Shown here: positions 48,031-57,861 of the stretch, piece by piece
Position numbering within the stretch: the first letter of the stretch is position 1
How the letters are laid out: each line of letters starts with the position of its first letter
Assembly (NCBI GenBank): GCA_964607175.1
Contig: CAZSIM010000009.1
Coordinates: 31,985-95,984 of the forward strand
Source: an uncultured Fimbriimonadaceae bacterium
GTDB taxonomy: Bacteria > Armatimonadota > Fimbriimonadia > Fimbriimonadales > Fimbriimonadaceae
Direction: 5' to 3'
Length of the DNA stretch: 64,000 bases
Translations under genes and position numbers: made by a program
Notes under the pieces: model-generated
The model's input: only the letters and a program-made list of their open reading frames with translations
Told to the model about the DNA's origin: nothing
Database searches by the model: none

Positions 48031-48684
48031 GTGAATTCTGACCAGATCAGCCTTGTTGATGACTATCTGACCCAAGTTGTGCTTCGGCCCTCCGACACGC
48101 ACAGCCAGGCACTCAGCCATTTAGCAGATCAAGGCCTGCCCGCCATCAGTGTTTCGGCTCCTTTAGGCGGTTTGATCAAGGTCTTGGCGAAGGCCACAGG
48201 AGCCAAAAGGGTTCTAGAAATAGGAACCCTGGGTGGATACAGCACCATTTGGCTGGCACAAGCTCTTGCACAAGGCGGAGAACTTATCTCGCTGGAGTTC
48301 AGCTCACATCATGCTGAAGTTGCCAGGCAAAACCTATCGGCCAATGGAATTGGTGACGAAGTGACTATTTTAGTAGGAGCCGCGCTCGATACCCTTCCGA
48401 CGCTTGCGGCCCCCTTTGACTTCATTTTTATTGATGCGGACAAAAAGAACAATCCTCACTATCTAGATTGGGGGATCAAACTTGCCCGGCCCGGGAGCAT
48501 GATCCTTATAGACAATGTTGTGCGGGGTGGAGCCGTTCTTGATGAAGATTCGGATGACCCAGACACAGTTGGGGTGAGAAAGCTCCATGAAATGCTTGGC
48601 ACCCTGCCAGGGATTACTGCATCCGCTATTCAAATGGTGGGGCACAAGGGCTGGGATGGCTTTGCATTAGTTACGGTTCATTAA
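48031..48684 (+). CDS. class I SAM-dependent O-methyltransferase (family 3, caffeoyl-CoA OMT-like)
   Basis: Contains VLEIGTLGGYSTIWLAQAL (SAM motif I) and FIFIDADKKNNPHYL. GTG start. Confidence 0.8.
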   Translation: MNSDQISLVDDYLTQVVLRPSDTHSQALSHLADQGLPAISVSAPLGGLIKVLAKATGAKRVLEIGTLGGYSTIWLAQALAQGGELISLEFSSHHAEVARQNLSANGIGDEVTILVGAALDTLPTLAAPFDFIFIDADKKNNPHYLDWGIKLARPGSMILIDNVVRGGAVLDEDSDDPDTVGVRKLHEMLGTLPGITASAIQMVGHKGWDGFALVTVH

Positions 48685-48810
48685 CGCAGAGACTTTTGCC
48701 AACCTTTTACCAATCTAGTGTATTGGTTCTGCTTCTATTTTTAAGTCTATAAACTTTTTTTGGGTCGGCATTGTACGGCTTCACAATCAGATAGCCGACC
48801 CAAAGGGGCA

Positions 48811-49698
48811 TCACCTTAGGCGCTGCCCCATAACGGTTAATCCACCCGGGATAATGGTGATATCTGCATCTTGAGCTGTGACAAAATCACCATCCAAAAC
48901 AAAGCTGGTAGGGTGTTTCAGCTCCACCCTAATCCTGCGGCATTCTGTGCTCAGCACATTTTCCATCATCGTATGGGTTCCCAGCATCATGGCAACGCCG
49001 TAGGCGAAAATATCAATGCCCTCTTTAACCTGCACAATGTAGGTGCTAAGCAGTCCGTCATCGATGCTTGAGTTGGGGGTGACAGCAAAGGGCCCCGCAT
49101 GCCTGCCAGTGCTGGCAGCAACAAACTGCACTATTCGTCCCTTAAACTCAAAATCATCTGTGACTGCAGACATTTCCAACGATTCCGCCTCTGTAATCGC
49201 CTTGGCAGTGGCGGGAAAGTAAGCAAGCTGCCCCAGTTTGGTTTTGTCTACATTTTTCAGCTCTTCGGCAATCGCTACAGAGAGTCCCAAACTCACTGAG
49301 TTGATAAAAACCTGATCATTGAAGCGCCCCAGATCGATCCTTCTTGGCGCAGAATCGTTTAGAAGAAAGGAAACTGCCGCCTTGGGATCAGTAGGAATTC
49401 CAAGTTCTTTGGCAAGGGTGTTGCCCGTTCCAAAAGGAAGAATCCCCAGCCTCACATCGGTTTCTGCCAGGATGCCGGCTGCATTTCGAATAGTGCCATC
49501 GCCACCGCCAACCCATACCTCCTGATACCCTCGCTTCTTAGCCTCAACTAAAAGATCCTGCATGTGCTCAGAGCTTTTAGGAATAAAGGGTGTTTCACCA
49601 GACTCAGTAATCGTCTGCACAAGATCTTCCATGGCCGCCTGCCCCAGCCTAGAATTTTCATTTATCAGAACAAGTCTTTGATTTTTTTCAGAGTTCAT
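48811..49698 (-). CDS. diacylglycerol-kinase-family lipid kinase (YegS/DgkB-like)
   Basis: Contains VWVGGGDGTIRNAAG and GILPFGTGN. There is an ATGA overlap with the preceding ATPase gene. Confidence 0.8.
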   Translation of the reverse strand: MNSEKNQRLVLINENSRLGQAAMEDLVQTITESGETPFIPKSSEHMQDLLVEAKKRGYQEVWVGGGDGTIRNAAGILAETDVRLGILPFGTGNTLAKELGIPTDPKAAVSFLLNDSAPRRIDLGRFNDQVFINSVSLGLSVAIAEELKNVDKTKLGQLAYFPATAKAITEAESLEMSAVTDDFEFKGRIVQFVAASTGRHAGPFAVTPNSSIDDGLLSTYIVQVKEGIDIFAYGVAMMLGTHTMMENVLSTECRRIRVELKHPTSFVLDGDFVTAQDADITIIPGGLTVMGQRLR

Positions 49699-50435
49699 AC
49701 AGTTTCTTCTGGCCTCCCTTGTCGATAGGCCTCCAAGACCAACTCAGGAGGACCATCCAGCTTAACTACGCCCTTCTCAAGCCAAAGGCATCTTTGTGCG
49801 ACCTTGGCAACAGATTCAAGATTATGTGAAACAAATAGAATCGTTCCGCCCTTATGTTTAAAAGCATCAATCGTTTCATAACACTTCTGCTCAAACGCAT
49901 AGTCGCCCACTGCCAAAACTTCATCGACTATTAAGATTTCGGCATCCACATGGGCAGCCACAGCGAAGCCCAATCTAGCCAACATTCCACTTGAATAGCT
50001 ACGAACAGGCACATCCTTATGGGTTTCTAGCTCGGCAAACTCGATAATTGAATCAAGCCGTTCATTCGCTTCTTTTCTAGAAAGCCCTAAAATCATAGCA
50101 TTGAACAATACGTTCTCTGCCCCTGTGAGGTCTGGATGAAAACCTGCCCCAAGCTCCAGCAAAGGCGCAAGTCTGCCATCAACAGAAATCGTCCCTGAAC
50201 TGGGCTTATACACTCTGGCAATCAAAGAAAGAAGCGTGCTCTTCCCCGCCCCATTTCGACCAATAAGTGCAACAGATTCGCCCTTCTGCACAGTGAAGCT
50301 GAGCCCCTTTAAAACCTCTAGTTTCTCAAACTTTTTCTTTCTCCACCACAACAGAGCCGTCTTTAACGAGGCCCCGCCCCCGTGAGCCAAAAGAAAGCTC
50401 TTACGAAGGCCTTTAAGCTCCAGTGCCGGCTTCAT
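49695..50435 (-). CDS. ABC transporter ATP-binding protein, polysaccharide/polyol-phosphate export type (Wzt/TagH-like, short form)
   Basis: Contains GRNGAGKSTLL, YSSGMLARLGFAVA and LIVDEVLAVGD. I place the start at the ATG at 50435, which forms an ATGA overlap with the permease stop. The ORF-track GTG start is 50456. Confidence 0.88.
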   Translation of the reverse strand: MKPALELKGLRKSFLLAHGGGASLKTALLWWRKKKFEKLEVLKGLSFTVQKGESVALIGRNGAGKSTLLSLIARVYKPSSGTISVDGRLAPLLELGAGFHPDLTGAENVLFNAMILGLSRKEANERLDSIIEFAELETHKDVPVRSYSSGMLARLGFAVAAHVDAEILIVDEVLAVGDYAFEQKCYETIDAFKHKGGTILFVSHNLESVAKVAQRCLWLEKGVVKLDGPPELVLEAYRQGRPEETV

Positions 50436-51298
50436 GGCCTTTCGACAAACCTCCACTTCATGCGGTTAAAAATGGCGTAGCCTCCAACAAGCGCGACAAC
50501 AGATATCACGGCAAAGTAGGCAAAAAAGCCCCAGTTAAAACTAACTTGATCAACCAGTTCTCCCCCAATATCCACCGGAGACCTTGGCAGCAGAGTCTTT
50601 CTAAAGGTCGTCGCCATGGGTGCCAAGGGGTTGGCATGGTAAAGCATGTAAATCAAATCGCCATAGGGCTTGCCCCTCGTTCTGTACCACACACTCTCGC
50701 TGAAGTACATAACAGGCGACAGAAAGAAAATGAGATAAAGAAGCAGGCTTAACGCATATTTAACGTCTTCATAAAAAACGTTAAGCGCGCTGATGATAAG
50801 GCTGCATCCCGCCACAAAGCAGAAGACAAAAAAGAGAAGAATCGGCAGAAATCCTAGCTTCCAAGTAAATGGAGAAACCTGAAAACCCGTAACAGCATAA
50901 AGTACAAAAAGATACAGGAGAAAGACAACAAGCGCCAGTACAAAGTGAATGAAATTGGCAATCACAGATGCCAAAGGAAGAATTTCTCTAGGGAAATAAA
51001 CCTTTTTAACTACCTGTATGCTCGCCAGCACAGACTGAGCCGAATCCATCAACGCCATGTTGACAAAAACAAATGGCATATAGGCGGCCAGCACGTAGGC
51101 AGAGTAGTTTTGGGTTTTGTTGCCAAGAATCCCCTGAAAGACTAAAGTCATCACAGCGACTGTAGCCATGGGCATAGCCAAAGACCAAACAAAGCCCAGA
51201 ACAGAGTTTTTGTAGCGGATCTTAATTTCCCGCTCCACCGTGGCGGCCAAAAGCTCTCTAAACCGCCATAACTCTTTGAGGTCGGCAATCATGGGCAC
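50432..51298 (-). CDS. ABC-2 type exporter permease (Wzm/TagG-like)
   Basis: Contains LWRFRELLAATVEREIKIRYKNSVLGFVWSL and has 6 TM helices. Confidence 0.88.
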   Translation of the reverse strand: MPMIADLKELWRFRELLAATVEREIKIRYKNSVLGFVWSLAMPMATVAVMTLVFQGILGNKTQNYSAYVLAAYMPFVFVNMALMDSAQSVLASIQVVKKVYFPREILPLASVIANFIHFVLALVVFLLYLFVLYAVTGFQVSPFTWKLGFLPILLFFVFCFVAGCSLIISALNVFYEDVKYALSLLLYLIFFLSPVMYFSESVWYRTRGKPYGDLIYMLYHANPLAPMATTFRKTLLPRSPVDIGGELVDQVSFNWGFFAYFAVISVVALVGGYAIFNRMKWRFVERP

Positions 51299-51348
51299 AG
51301 CCTCAAAGCAGTCACAACATAGTCTCCTTAATCACAAAGCTGGCTTTA

Positions 51349-52125
51349 TCAGCGGGCAGCGGGCTCATCGCCAGGCAGCCATCCCAGGTTCTCCAACGAC
51401 AAAGCTGATCCCATAAGTTCCCTGGTATAGGCCTCTTGTGGATGGCCAAAAACTTCCTGAGTTCTTCCCTGCTCCACCACCTTTCCTTTCTGCATAACCA
51501 GCACGCGGTCTGCCAAAAATCTAACGGTTCCCAAATCGTGCGAAATGTAAAGGACGGTAGATTGGGTCTGCTTCTGAATATCTCTGATAAGGTTAAGAAT
51601 CTGCGCCTGGATGCTGAGATCAAGCGCTGCTGTCGGCTCATCGCAGATCAAGAGTGGCGGCCTAAGCGCCAAGGCTCGGCCAATGGCAACCCTCTGCCTT
51701 TGTCCGCCGCTTAGCTGGTGAGGAAATTTAGGCAGCACAGAAGAGTTAAGCCCGACCATCAAAGCTAAAGGCTCAATATCTGGCTTTTTGCCAGCCAGCC
51801 TAAAGGGCTCCTCCAAAGTCCTTTTTATTGTCCACCGAGGGTCAAGGCTGGCAAAGGGATCCTGCCATACCATGCCAATCCTCTCGGCAAGAATACTGCG
51901 CTTCACATCCCTTTTAGAGTTGATCTCTATTGTGCCGCTTGCAGTCTTCTGCAGGCCCAAAATGGCACGGGCAAGCGTTGTCTTGCCGCAGCCAGATTCA
52001 CCCACAACAGCCAGGGTCTCACCCGGAAAAGCTTCCAGAGAAACATGGTTCACGGCAAGAAAAGGACCTTGAGCGCCCTGATAGCTCACTACTAGATCGC
52101 TTACTTTCAAGGTGGGTTCAGTCAT
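51349..52125 (-). CDS. solitary ABC ATP-binding protein (DppF/OppF-like)
   Basis: Contains GESGCGKTTLARAILGL, LSGGQRQRVAIGRAL and LICDEPTAALD. There is no cognate peptide permease or SBP in the window. Confidence 0.85.
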   Translation of the reverse strand: MTEPTLKVSDLVVSYQGAQGPFLAVNHVSLEAFPGETLAVVGESGCGKTTLARAILGLQKTASGTIEINSKRDVKRSILAERIGMVWQDPFASLDPRWTIKRTLEEPFRLAGKKPDIEPLALMVGLNSSVLPKFPHQLSGGQRQRVAIGRALALRPPLLICDEPTAALDLSIQAQILNLIRDIQKQTQSTVLYISHDLGTVRFLADRVLVMQKGKVVEQGRTQEVFGHPQEAYTRELMGSALSLENLGWLPGDEPAAR

Positions 52126-52984
52126 TGGCCTTTCCTCCTGCCCAGTTCAATCTTGCAGGAAGCTTCTGCAGAAAATCATCCGCTTCTTGAATCACCAGCT
52201 TCACCTTTCTTGGCGACCTAGTCAAAACCAACTTGTCCCCACTAAGCAGATGCAGACGGCTCTGACCATCTGAACTCAGCACAGCCCCCCCATGAGATTC
52301 CCCTCGTGTCTGAATCTGAATCTCTATGCGGCTGTCTGCGGGCAAAACCAAGGGACGAGCAGCAAGAGTGTGAGGCATAAGGCCGGTCAGCAGCAGAGCT
52401 TCTACCCTTGGGTCTATAACTGGTCCGCCAGCAGAAAGGCTATAAGCTGTTGATCCGGTCGGAGTCGCCACCATCACGCCATCGGCTGGATAAGATGCCA
52501 CCAGATAGTCATTTACAAGAACGGTAAAAACCAGCAGTCTCGTTGTCGCCGACCTCTGCACAACCGATTCATTAAGGGCATGAAGCTCTGCCACCACCTT
52601 CTCCGCACGGATCAGGTGAGTCTGCACCATCATTCGCGACTCTATGCGATGGCGCCCCTCAATAAAGCTCACTAAAGCTTCTTCCATCTGGCTGGGCTGG
52701 CAGGGAGTGATAAAGCCGAAGGTGCCGTAAGATACACCAAGAATCGGGATTTCCTGCGAGGAGCAAAGGTGCCCCGCCCTTAGGAGTGTGCCGTCACCAC
52801 CGATAGAAATGATGAGGCCGCAGTCATGCATTTCCGAAGCCCCCAAAGCAGGGAGCCCGGTCGCACTGGCCGCTTCTTTTTCAACAAACGCCTTGTGCCC
52901 ATAAGACTGAAGGATCGAGACTGCCTTTTGGGCGGCCTCGATCGCATCGGGTCTATGCAGGTTGACTAAAATCCCTGCAGTCAC
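52118..52984 (-). CDS. nadK: NAD(+) kinase
   Basis: Contains GGDGTLLRA and the typical NadK C-terminal beta domain. The GTG start overlaps the upstream stop. Confidence 0.88.
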   Translation of the reverse strand: MTAGILVNLHRPDAIEAAQKAVSILQSYGHKAFVEKEAASATGLPALGASEMHDCGLIISIGGDGTLLRAGHLCSSQEIPILGVSYGTFGFITPCQPSQMEEALVSFIEGRHRIESRMMVQTHLIRAEKVVAELHALNESVVQRSATTRLLVFTVLVNDYLVASYPADGVMVATPTGSTAYSLSAGGPVIDPRVEALLLTGLMPHTLAARPLVLPADSRIEIQIQTRGESHGGAVLSSDGQSRLHLLSGDKLVLTRSPRKVKLVIQEADDFLQKLPARLNWAGGKAND

Positions 52985-55020
52985 AGTGCCATAGTGGCAG
53001 GTTTTTCCAGTCTTTCCAAATTGGTCCTGGCATCTTCAAAGTTGGGGTCCTTCTGAAGAGCCTTTCGCAGAATAAGGATAGCCTGTGCCTTCTGATTCAG
53101 CCTTTCCAGGGCAATAGCCAGATTGTTGTAAGCGGGAAGGTAGTTGGCATCTGCATTCATCGATCGGCGGAAGTGGCTTTCTGCCTGCTTAGAATCGCCC
53201 TGGCTCAGGTGCCATAGCCCCATGCCGTTCAACGCTCTCGCATTGTTGGGGTGACCTTTAAGAACGGTGCTGTAGTGAAATCTTGCGTCTCTAACAAGCC
53301 CCATGTTCCATAGGCCATCGGCAAGGTTCAGCCTGGCATCACGCTGGTTTCCATCCATTCGAACGACATCCCGCCAGACATTGACAGCTTCCTGAGTCCT
53401 ATCCAGCTTAACATAGGCGGCAGCAAGAGCCAGCCTTCCATCAATGCTTCCAGGATGCGAAGTGGTCATCTTCTCCAAAAGAACGACGGCTTCAGCTGCA
53501 TCTCCCTTTTCGATGAGAAGAAGACCAAGGTTCTTAAGGCAGTCCCCATCATCTGGGCGAATCTCTAGCGACTGACGATAGGCTGCCTCAGATTCTTGAT
53601 TCCTGCCAAGCCTATGGCTAAGCACGCCAATGTTAAACCAGACATCGGGATCATTAGGCTTCTCTTCGGACATCTTTTTCAACATGTCCAAAGCTTCAGC
53701 GGTTCGGCCCTCTCGGACCATTGATTCGACGAGGTTGGAGTTGACAACACCGCCCCCCATCCCAGCCGCATTCGCTCTGGCCAAGTATCTAGTGGAAAGC
53801 TCGGTTTCATTGATTCGAGCGTAGGCCATGCCGGCATTTTTGGCATAGAGGCCATTTGTCGTTTCGAGATCACTTGCTCTGGCATAAGCAGAAGCGGCCT
53901 CCTTCCACTGACCCAGTTTTTCATGGCAGAAGCCAAGGTTGTTTAAAGCAAACCTTGCTTCAGGTCCTGATACCAGCCTTGCAGCTGCCTGGAAAGAAGG
54001 AATTGCCTGGCCATGTTCACCCGACTTCATCTTCAGCACGCCAACATTGTAATGAGCTACTGCGTTGTTGGGGCTAAGCTGAATAAGCTTGTTATAGATA
54101 GCAAGGGCCTTTGCTGAATCGCCAGCGGCTGCTCTTGTTGTGTAAGCATTGCCAAGGTTGACCAGTACAGCGGCATCGTTTGGTGATTTCGCCAAGGCCG
54201 ATTCAAGGGTTGAAATCGCCTGGTCAGTTCTGCCTTCCTTAAGATAGGTGTAGCCCATCCACGAAAGAACCTCAACTTCAAGGCTGCCTTCAGCAGCCAG
54301 TTCTTCGTAGACATCTAGAGCCTCAGTGCTGTTGCCGAGTCGAATATGAGCAACTGCCAAATCCTTCAGAAGACTGGCCCTTTCTGGTCCGGTAACCTCA
54401 GACTTTGCCTTGGTTAAGTAGGTCACAGCCTCTTCATTTCGGTTGGCCATCAGCATGGACGAACCAGCAAAACGAGCCACCGAATAAGCCATCTTATCGA
54501 GGCCGATTGTCTCGTAGGTTTCTGATGCTTTGGTGTAATCCCTAGTCAGGTAATAAGACAAAGCAAGGTTCTGTGAATTGTTAGAATTGACAGATTCATG
54601 CCTGCTCTTTCCGTTCACTTTGACAAGGTGAGGAATAGCTTCTGCCGCATCGCCATTCTGCAGAAGCAGATAGCCAAGCAGAGAGTAAAGCGACATGTTC
54701 TGACTGTCGGTCTCAGCCAGCTTCTTAAGTCGAGAAATGGATTCAACTCTAAGCTCGCCAGAGTCATTGCCAGATCGAACCCTTTCAAAGTAGGCATCAG
54801 CCAGCTTCTTAACTTCGTTTTGAAGCTTGGCATTGACCTTGGTTCCATCAAGGTTCTCGGGAGTCGGAGCCTCGACTGGCTGACTGCTAAGGGCTTCAAC
54901 AGTAAACCCGGTGCGGTCAGATGGCGCAGCAGCCTGGGCCGCCGCTCCCGAAGCCATGCCAGCAGTCAGTACTGCTGCAAGGGCTAAGGTAAGAAGTGAT
55001 GTCGTCTTCATGTCAGTCAA
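52981..55020 (-). CDS. secreted tetratricopeptide-repeat (TPR) protein
   Basis: Signal peptide, then more than 12 TPR-like A-x-x-x-Y/F...P-N/D repeats across 679 aa. Confidence 0.8.
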   Translation of the reverse strand: MTDMKTTSLLTLALAAVLTAGMASGAAAQAAAPSDRTGFTVEALSSQPVEAPTPENLDGTKVNAKLQNEVKKLADAYFERVRSGNDSGELRVESISRLKKLAETDSQNMSLYSLLGYLLLQNGDAAEAIPHLVKVNGKSRHESVNSNNSQNLALSYYLTRDYTKASETYETIGLDKMAYSVARFAGSSMLMANRNEEAVTYLTKAKSEVTGPERASLLKDLAVAHIRLGNSTEALDVYEELAAEGSLEVEVLSWMGYTYLKEGRTDQAISTLESALAKSPNDAAVLVNLGNAYTTRAAAGDSAKALAIYNKLIQLSPNNAVAHYNVGVLKMKSGEHGQAIPSFQAAARLVSGPEARFALNNLGFCHEKLGQWKEAASAYARASDLETTNGLYAKNAGMAYARINETELSTRYLARANAAGMGGGVVNSNLVESMVREGRTAEALDMLKKMSEEKPNDPDVWFNIGVLSHRLGRNQESEAAYRQSLEIRPDDGDCLKNLGLLLIEKGDAAEAVVLLEKMTTSHPGSIDGRLALAAAYVKLDRTQEAVNVWRDVVRMDGNQRDARLNLADGLWNMGLVRDARFHYSTVLKGHPNNARALNGMGLWHLSQGDSKQAESHFRRSMNADANYLPAYNNLAIALERLNQKAQAILILRKALQKDPNFEDARTNLERLEKPATMAL

Positions 55021-55124
55021 GAATCTCCGCTACTTAGATCGTTTCAATCTTTGTGCCAGTTCTTCTTAGGTACCTTAATTACACACCTAAAAAGCCCCGC
55101 AAATTCTACAGGTTGCCTGCCCTG

Positions 55125-57389
55125 TCAAGCCATTACCAAAGGAATCGCCTCTTCGTAGGTTCGATTGAGTTCATCAACCGAGACCGAAAGCAAAGATATT
55201 CCGTTCCTTTCAACCGTTAGACGCATAGAGTCTGGAGTCGTTTGACCCAGTTCCTCAAGCATCAGGCCGGCCGGTACGGCCTCTCTCAACGCCACGACGT
55301 TCTCCTTGGCCACTGCGAGGATGACGAATCCGGGGACTTCCCCAAAGGCCGCCGCCTCGTTTAGATGGGCTGATTGAAAAGCGCCCGCGTCGAGCTGGAC
55401 ACGGCACCCAGTTTTCCCTGCGATGCACATTTCTGTAAGGGCAAAAACTGTGCCACCTTCGCTGATGTCGTGAGCAGCCAAAACCAAATGACCTGCCGCA
55501 CAGTCCGCCAAAAATCCGTGAAGCAGCTTTTCGCCTTCCAGGTTCGGTTGAACTGGAGTTCCCTCTTGTTTTCCAAGCACTTCCAACAGGTAAGAACTGG
55601 CTCCCAGCCCCTGCTGATGAGTAAAATCCGCCCCGCAGCTCACCAAAAAGATCAGGCACTCCTGCGGGGGAAAAGCCATAGTTAATCTGTCTGTGGCCCT
55701 ATCCAGAATTCCCGCCATCCCGATCAGGGGGCTGGGAAGAACTCCACCATCGCTTCGCTCGTTGTAAAAGCTCACGTTGCCGCTGATAACGGGGGTTCCC
55801 AGGGCCTCGGCCGCATCGGCAATGCCTTTTACTGCCCTTTCAAACTGCCAATAAACATTTAGGTTCTGTGGAGACCCAAAGTTAAGACCATCTGTGACTC
55901 CAGCCGGACGAGCACCGGTGCAGGCCACGTTCCTAGCAGATTCAACAACGGCTAAAAGTCCGCCCACATAGGGGTCTTGGTCTGTCCAGACTCCATTGCC
56001 ATCGATGGCGAGAGCAATTCCTTTTTCCGTCCCTCTTGGGGCAAGTACAGCAGCATCGGCCTGTCCGGGCAGAACCACGCTCTGGGTCTGCACCTGCTGG
56101 TCGTACTGCCTATAGATCCATCTCTTGCTGGCAAGGGTCGGGGCCGAAACCAGCTTCAATAGGGCTTCGGCGAGATCAACTTTGGGCAGGGAATCTGGGG
56201 TCCAAGCCAAGTTCTTTTTATAGCTGGCAGGTTCCACTAAATCCTGGGTGTATGTTGGGCACTCATCTGCCAGCAGCTTAGCTGGAAGCTGAGCCTCTAC
56301 AGCTCCTTTTCGCCGAATAATAACTTCCTCGCCTTCGGTTACATAGCCAATGACAACGGCGTGGGTTCCCCACTTCTTAAAGACATCGATGACTTCCTGC
56401 TCACGCCCCTTGTGCGCCACGCAAAGCATTCTTTCCTGGCTTTCACTCAGCATCAGCTCATAGCCAGACATGTTTTCTTCACGGGCGGGGACAAGATCAA
56501 GATCGACATCCATTCCGACACCTCCCTTGGCCGACATTTCAATGGTGCTGCAGGTCAGCCCTGCTGCCCCCATATCTTGAATTGCCGCTATCGCACCTGT
56601 CTTCAAAGCCTCCAGTGTTGCTTCGATAAGAACCTTTTCTGCAAAAGGGTCTCCAATTTGAACGTTAGGCCTCTTGTCTTCGCCTTCTTCATCGAGCTCA
56701 GTTGAAGCAAAAGTCGCTCCGTGAATGCCATCTTTGCCCGTAGCAGAACCCAAGTAGATGACAGGATTGCCGACGCCATAGGCTCCTGCTGTCGCAATAT
56801 CATCTAGGTTCACCAAACCAACAGACATGGCGTTAACCAAGGGGTTGCCCGCATAGCGTGGATGAAAAGCAGCCTCTCCGCCTACAGTTGGCACTCCAAC
56901 ACAGTTGCCATAGCCAGCAATTCCGGCCACGACTCCTTCAAAAATCTCCCTGCTGCGCCTTAGGGTTTCGGGGTCTGCTTCACCATCGCGGATCGGTCCA
57001 AACCTAAGCGAGTTGAGGCTGGCAATAGGCCGAGCCCCCATAGTGAAAATATCGCGGATGATTCCACCGACACCTGTTGCGGCCCCCTGGTATGGAGCCA
57101 CAGCGCTGGGATGGTTATGGGATTCCACCTTCATCGCGATTCCCAGATTATCATCCAGGGGAATAATGCCAGCGTTCTCCAGGCCAGCCCCTTCCATAGC
57201 TTCTTTGTATTTTTTGAAGTAGGCAAGAATCGGACGCGAATATTTGTAGCCACAATGCTCGCTCCACATTACGGCCAGCATCCCGCATTCGGTAAGGCTG
57301 GGGTGCCGCCCCAGTTTTTCGACGATCAGGTCATACTCAAATTGAGTCAGACCCATCGAGAGATAGACCTCGGGGGCAAGGGCAGACAT
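55125..57389 (-). CDS. purL: phosphoribosylformylglycinamidine synthase subunit PurL
   Basis: The product from the internal ATG (cat at 57387-57389) reads MSALAPEVYLSMGLTQFEYDLIVEKLGRHPSLTECGMLAVMWSEHCGYK. The ORF-track N-terminal extension of 97 aa to 57680 is unlikely. Confidence 0.92.
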   Translation of the reverse strand: MSALAPEVYLSMGLTQFEYDLIVEKLGRHPSLTECGMLAVMWSEHCGYKYSRPILAYFKKYKEAMEGAGLENAGIIPLDDNLGIAMKVESHNHPSAVAPYQGAATGVGGIIRDIFTMGARPIASLNSLRFGPIRDGEADPETLRRSREIFEGVVAGIAGYGNCVGVPTVGGEAAFHPRYAGNPLVNAMSVGLVNLDDIATAGAYGVGNPVIYLGSATGKDGIHGATFASTELDEEGEDKRPNVQIGDPFAEKVLIEATLEALKTGAIAAIQDMGAAGLTCSTIEMSAKGGVGMDVDLDLVPAREENMSGYELMLSESQERMLCVAHKGREQEVIDVFKKWGTHAVVIGYVTEGEEVIIRRKGAVEAQLPAKLLADECPTYTQDLVEPASYKKNLAWTPDSLPKVDLAEALLKLVSAPTLASKRWIYRQYDQQVQTQSVVLPGQADAAVLAPRGTEKGIALAIDGNGVWTDQDPYVGGLLAVVESARNVACTGARPAGVTDGLNFGSPQNLNVYWQFERAVKGIADAAEALGTPVISGNVSFYNERSDGGVLPSPLIGMAGILDRATDRLTMAFPPQECLIFLVSCGADFTHQQGLGASSYLLEVLGKQEGTPVQPNLEGEKLLHGFLADCAAGHLVLAAHDISEGGTVFALTEMCIAGKTGCRVQLDAGAFQSAHLNEAAAFGEVPGFVILAVAKENVVALREAVPAGLMLEELGQTTPDSMRLTVERNGISLLSVSVDELNRTYEEAIPLVMA

Positions 57390-57831
57390 GTTTGTCAGTT
57401 TATCTCTGAGAAAGAAACGCTTCGGGGCCACTGGACTGCTTCTTGGGCTTTCCTTCCTGGCAATAGGCGGCTGCAGCAGCGTAGCAAAGCCCTGGATAGG
57501 CACTTGGGTAGGAGAACGAGCGGGCCTTACCCTCCCTGAAAAAGAAGACGCCCTCGCAAAAGCTATCCGCCAGGTGCAGATCGTCATCTCCCCCGATGGT
57601 TCGTTCAGCAAGGTGGAAACTTCATTAACAAGCCGTGGCAAAGGCAGATTCTCAGCCAAGCAGGCCTTTTTAACTGTCACTCATGTGCTTGATAAGCCAG
57701 TTGAAAATGACCCCAACGTGGCCCGCGAAAACAAGGATCTGATTTTAGAATGGAAAGATGAAAACACCATTCTCTACTGGGATCCGGGTGCATTGACTCC
57801 TGGTTCAGTGGAGCTCAAAAGGTCAAAGTAA
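57388..57831 (+). CDS. hypothetical lipoprotein
   Basis: Reads MFVSLSLRKKRFGATGLLLGLSFLAIGGC, a textbook lipoprotein signal. I recognise no other motif. Confidence 0.55.
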   Translation: MFVSLSLRKKRFGATGLLLGLSFLAIGGCSSVAKPWIGTWVGERAGLTLPEKEDALAKAIRQVQIVISPDGSFSKVETSLTSRGKGRFSAKQAFLTVTHVLDKPVENDPNVARENKDLILEWKDENTILYWDPGALTPGSVELKRSK

Positions 57832-57861
57832 GCACTGGCCGCAGGCTCCAAGCTGCTGCGG

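Noticed and set aside
48757-48806. Long inverted repeat tttgggtcggc ... gccgacccaaa with an internal attgt/acaat sub-stem, located between the O-methyltransferase and lipid-kinase genes. I considered it as a terminator.
   Set aside because: The T-run lies on the 5' side on the plus strand, and an A-run follows on the minus strand. It therefore does not look like a canonical intrinsic terminator in either direction. It may still be a structural element, but I cannot assign it.
55125-57680. Full-length 851-aa ORF-track version of purL, with 97 extra N-terminal residues.
   Set aside because: The extension has no PurL similarity and would run through the divergent lipoprotein gene. The canonical PurL N-terminus begins at the ATG at 57389.
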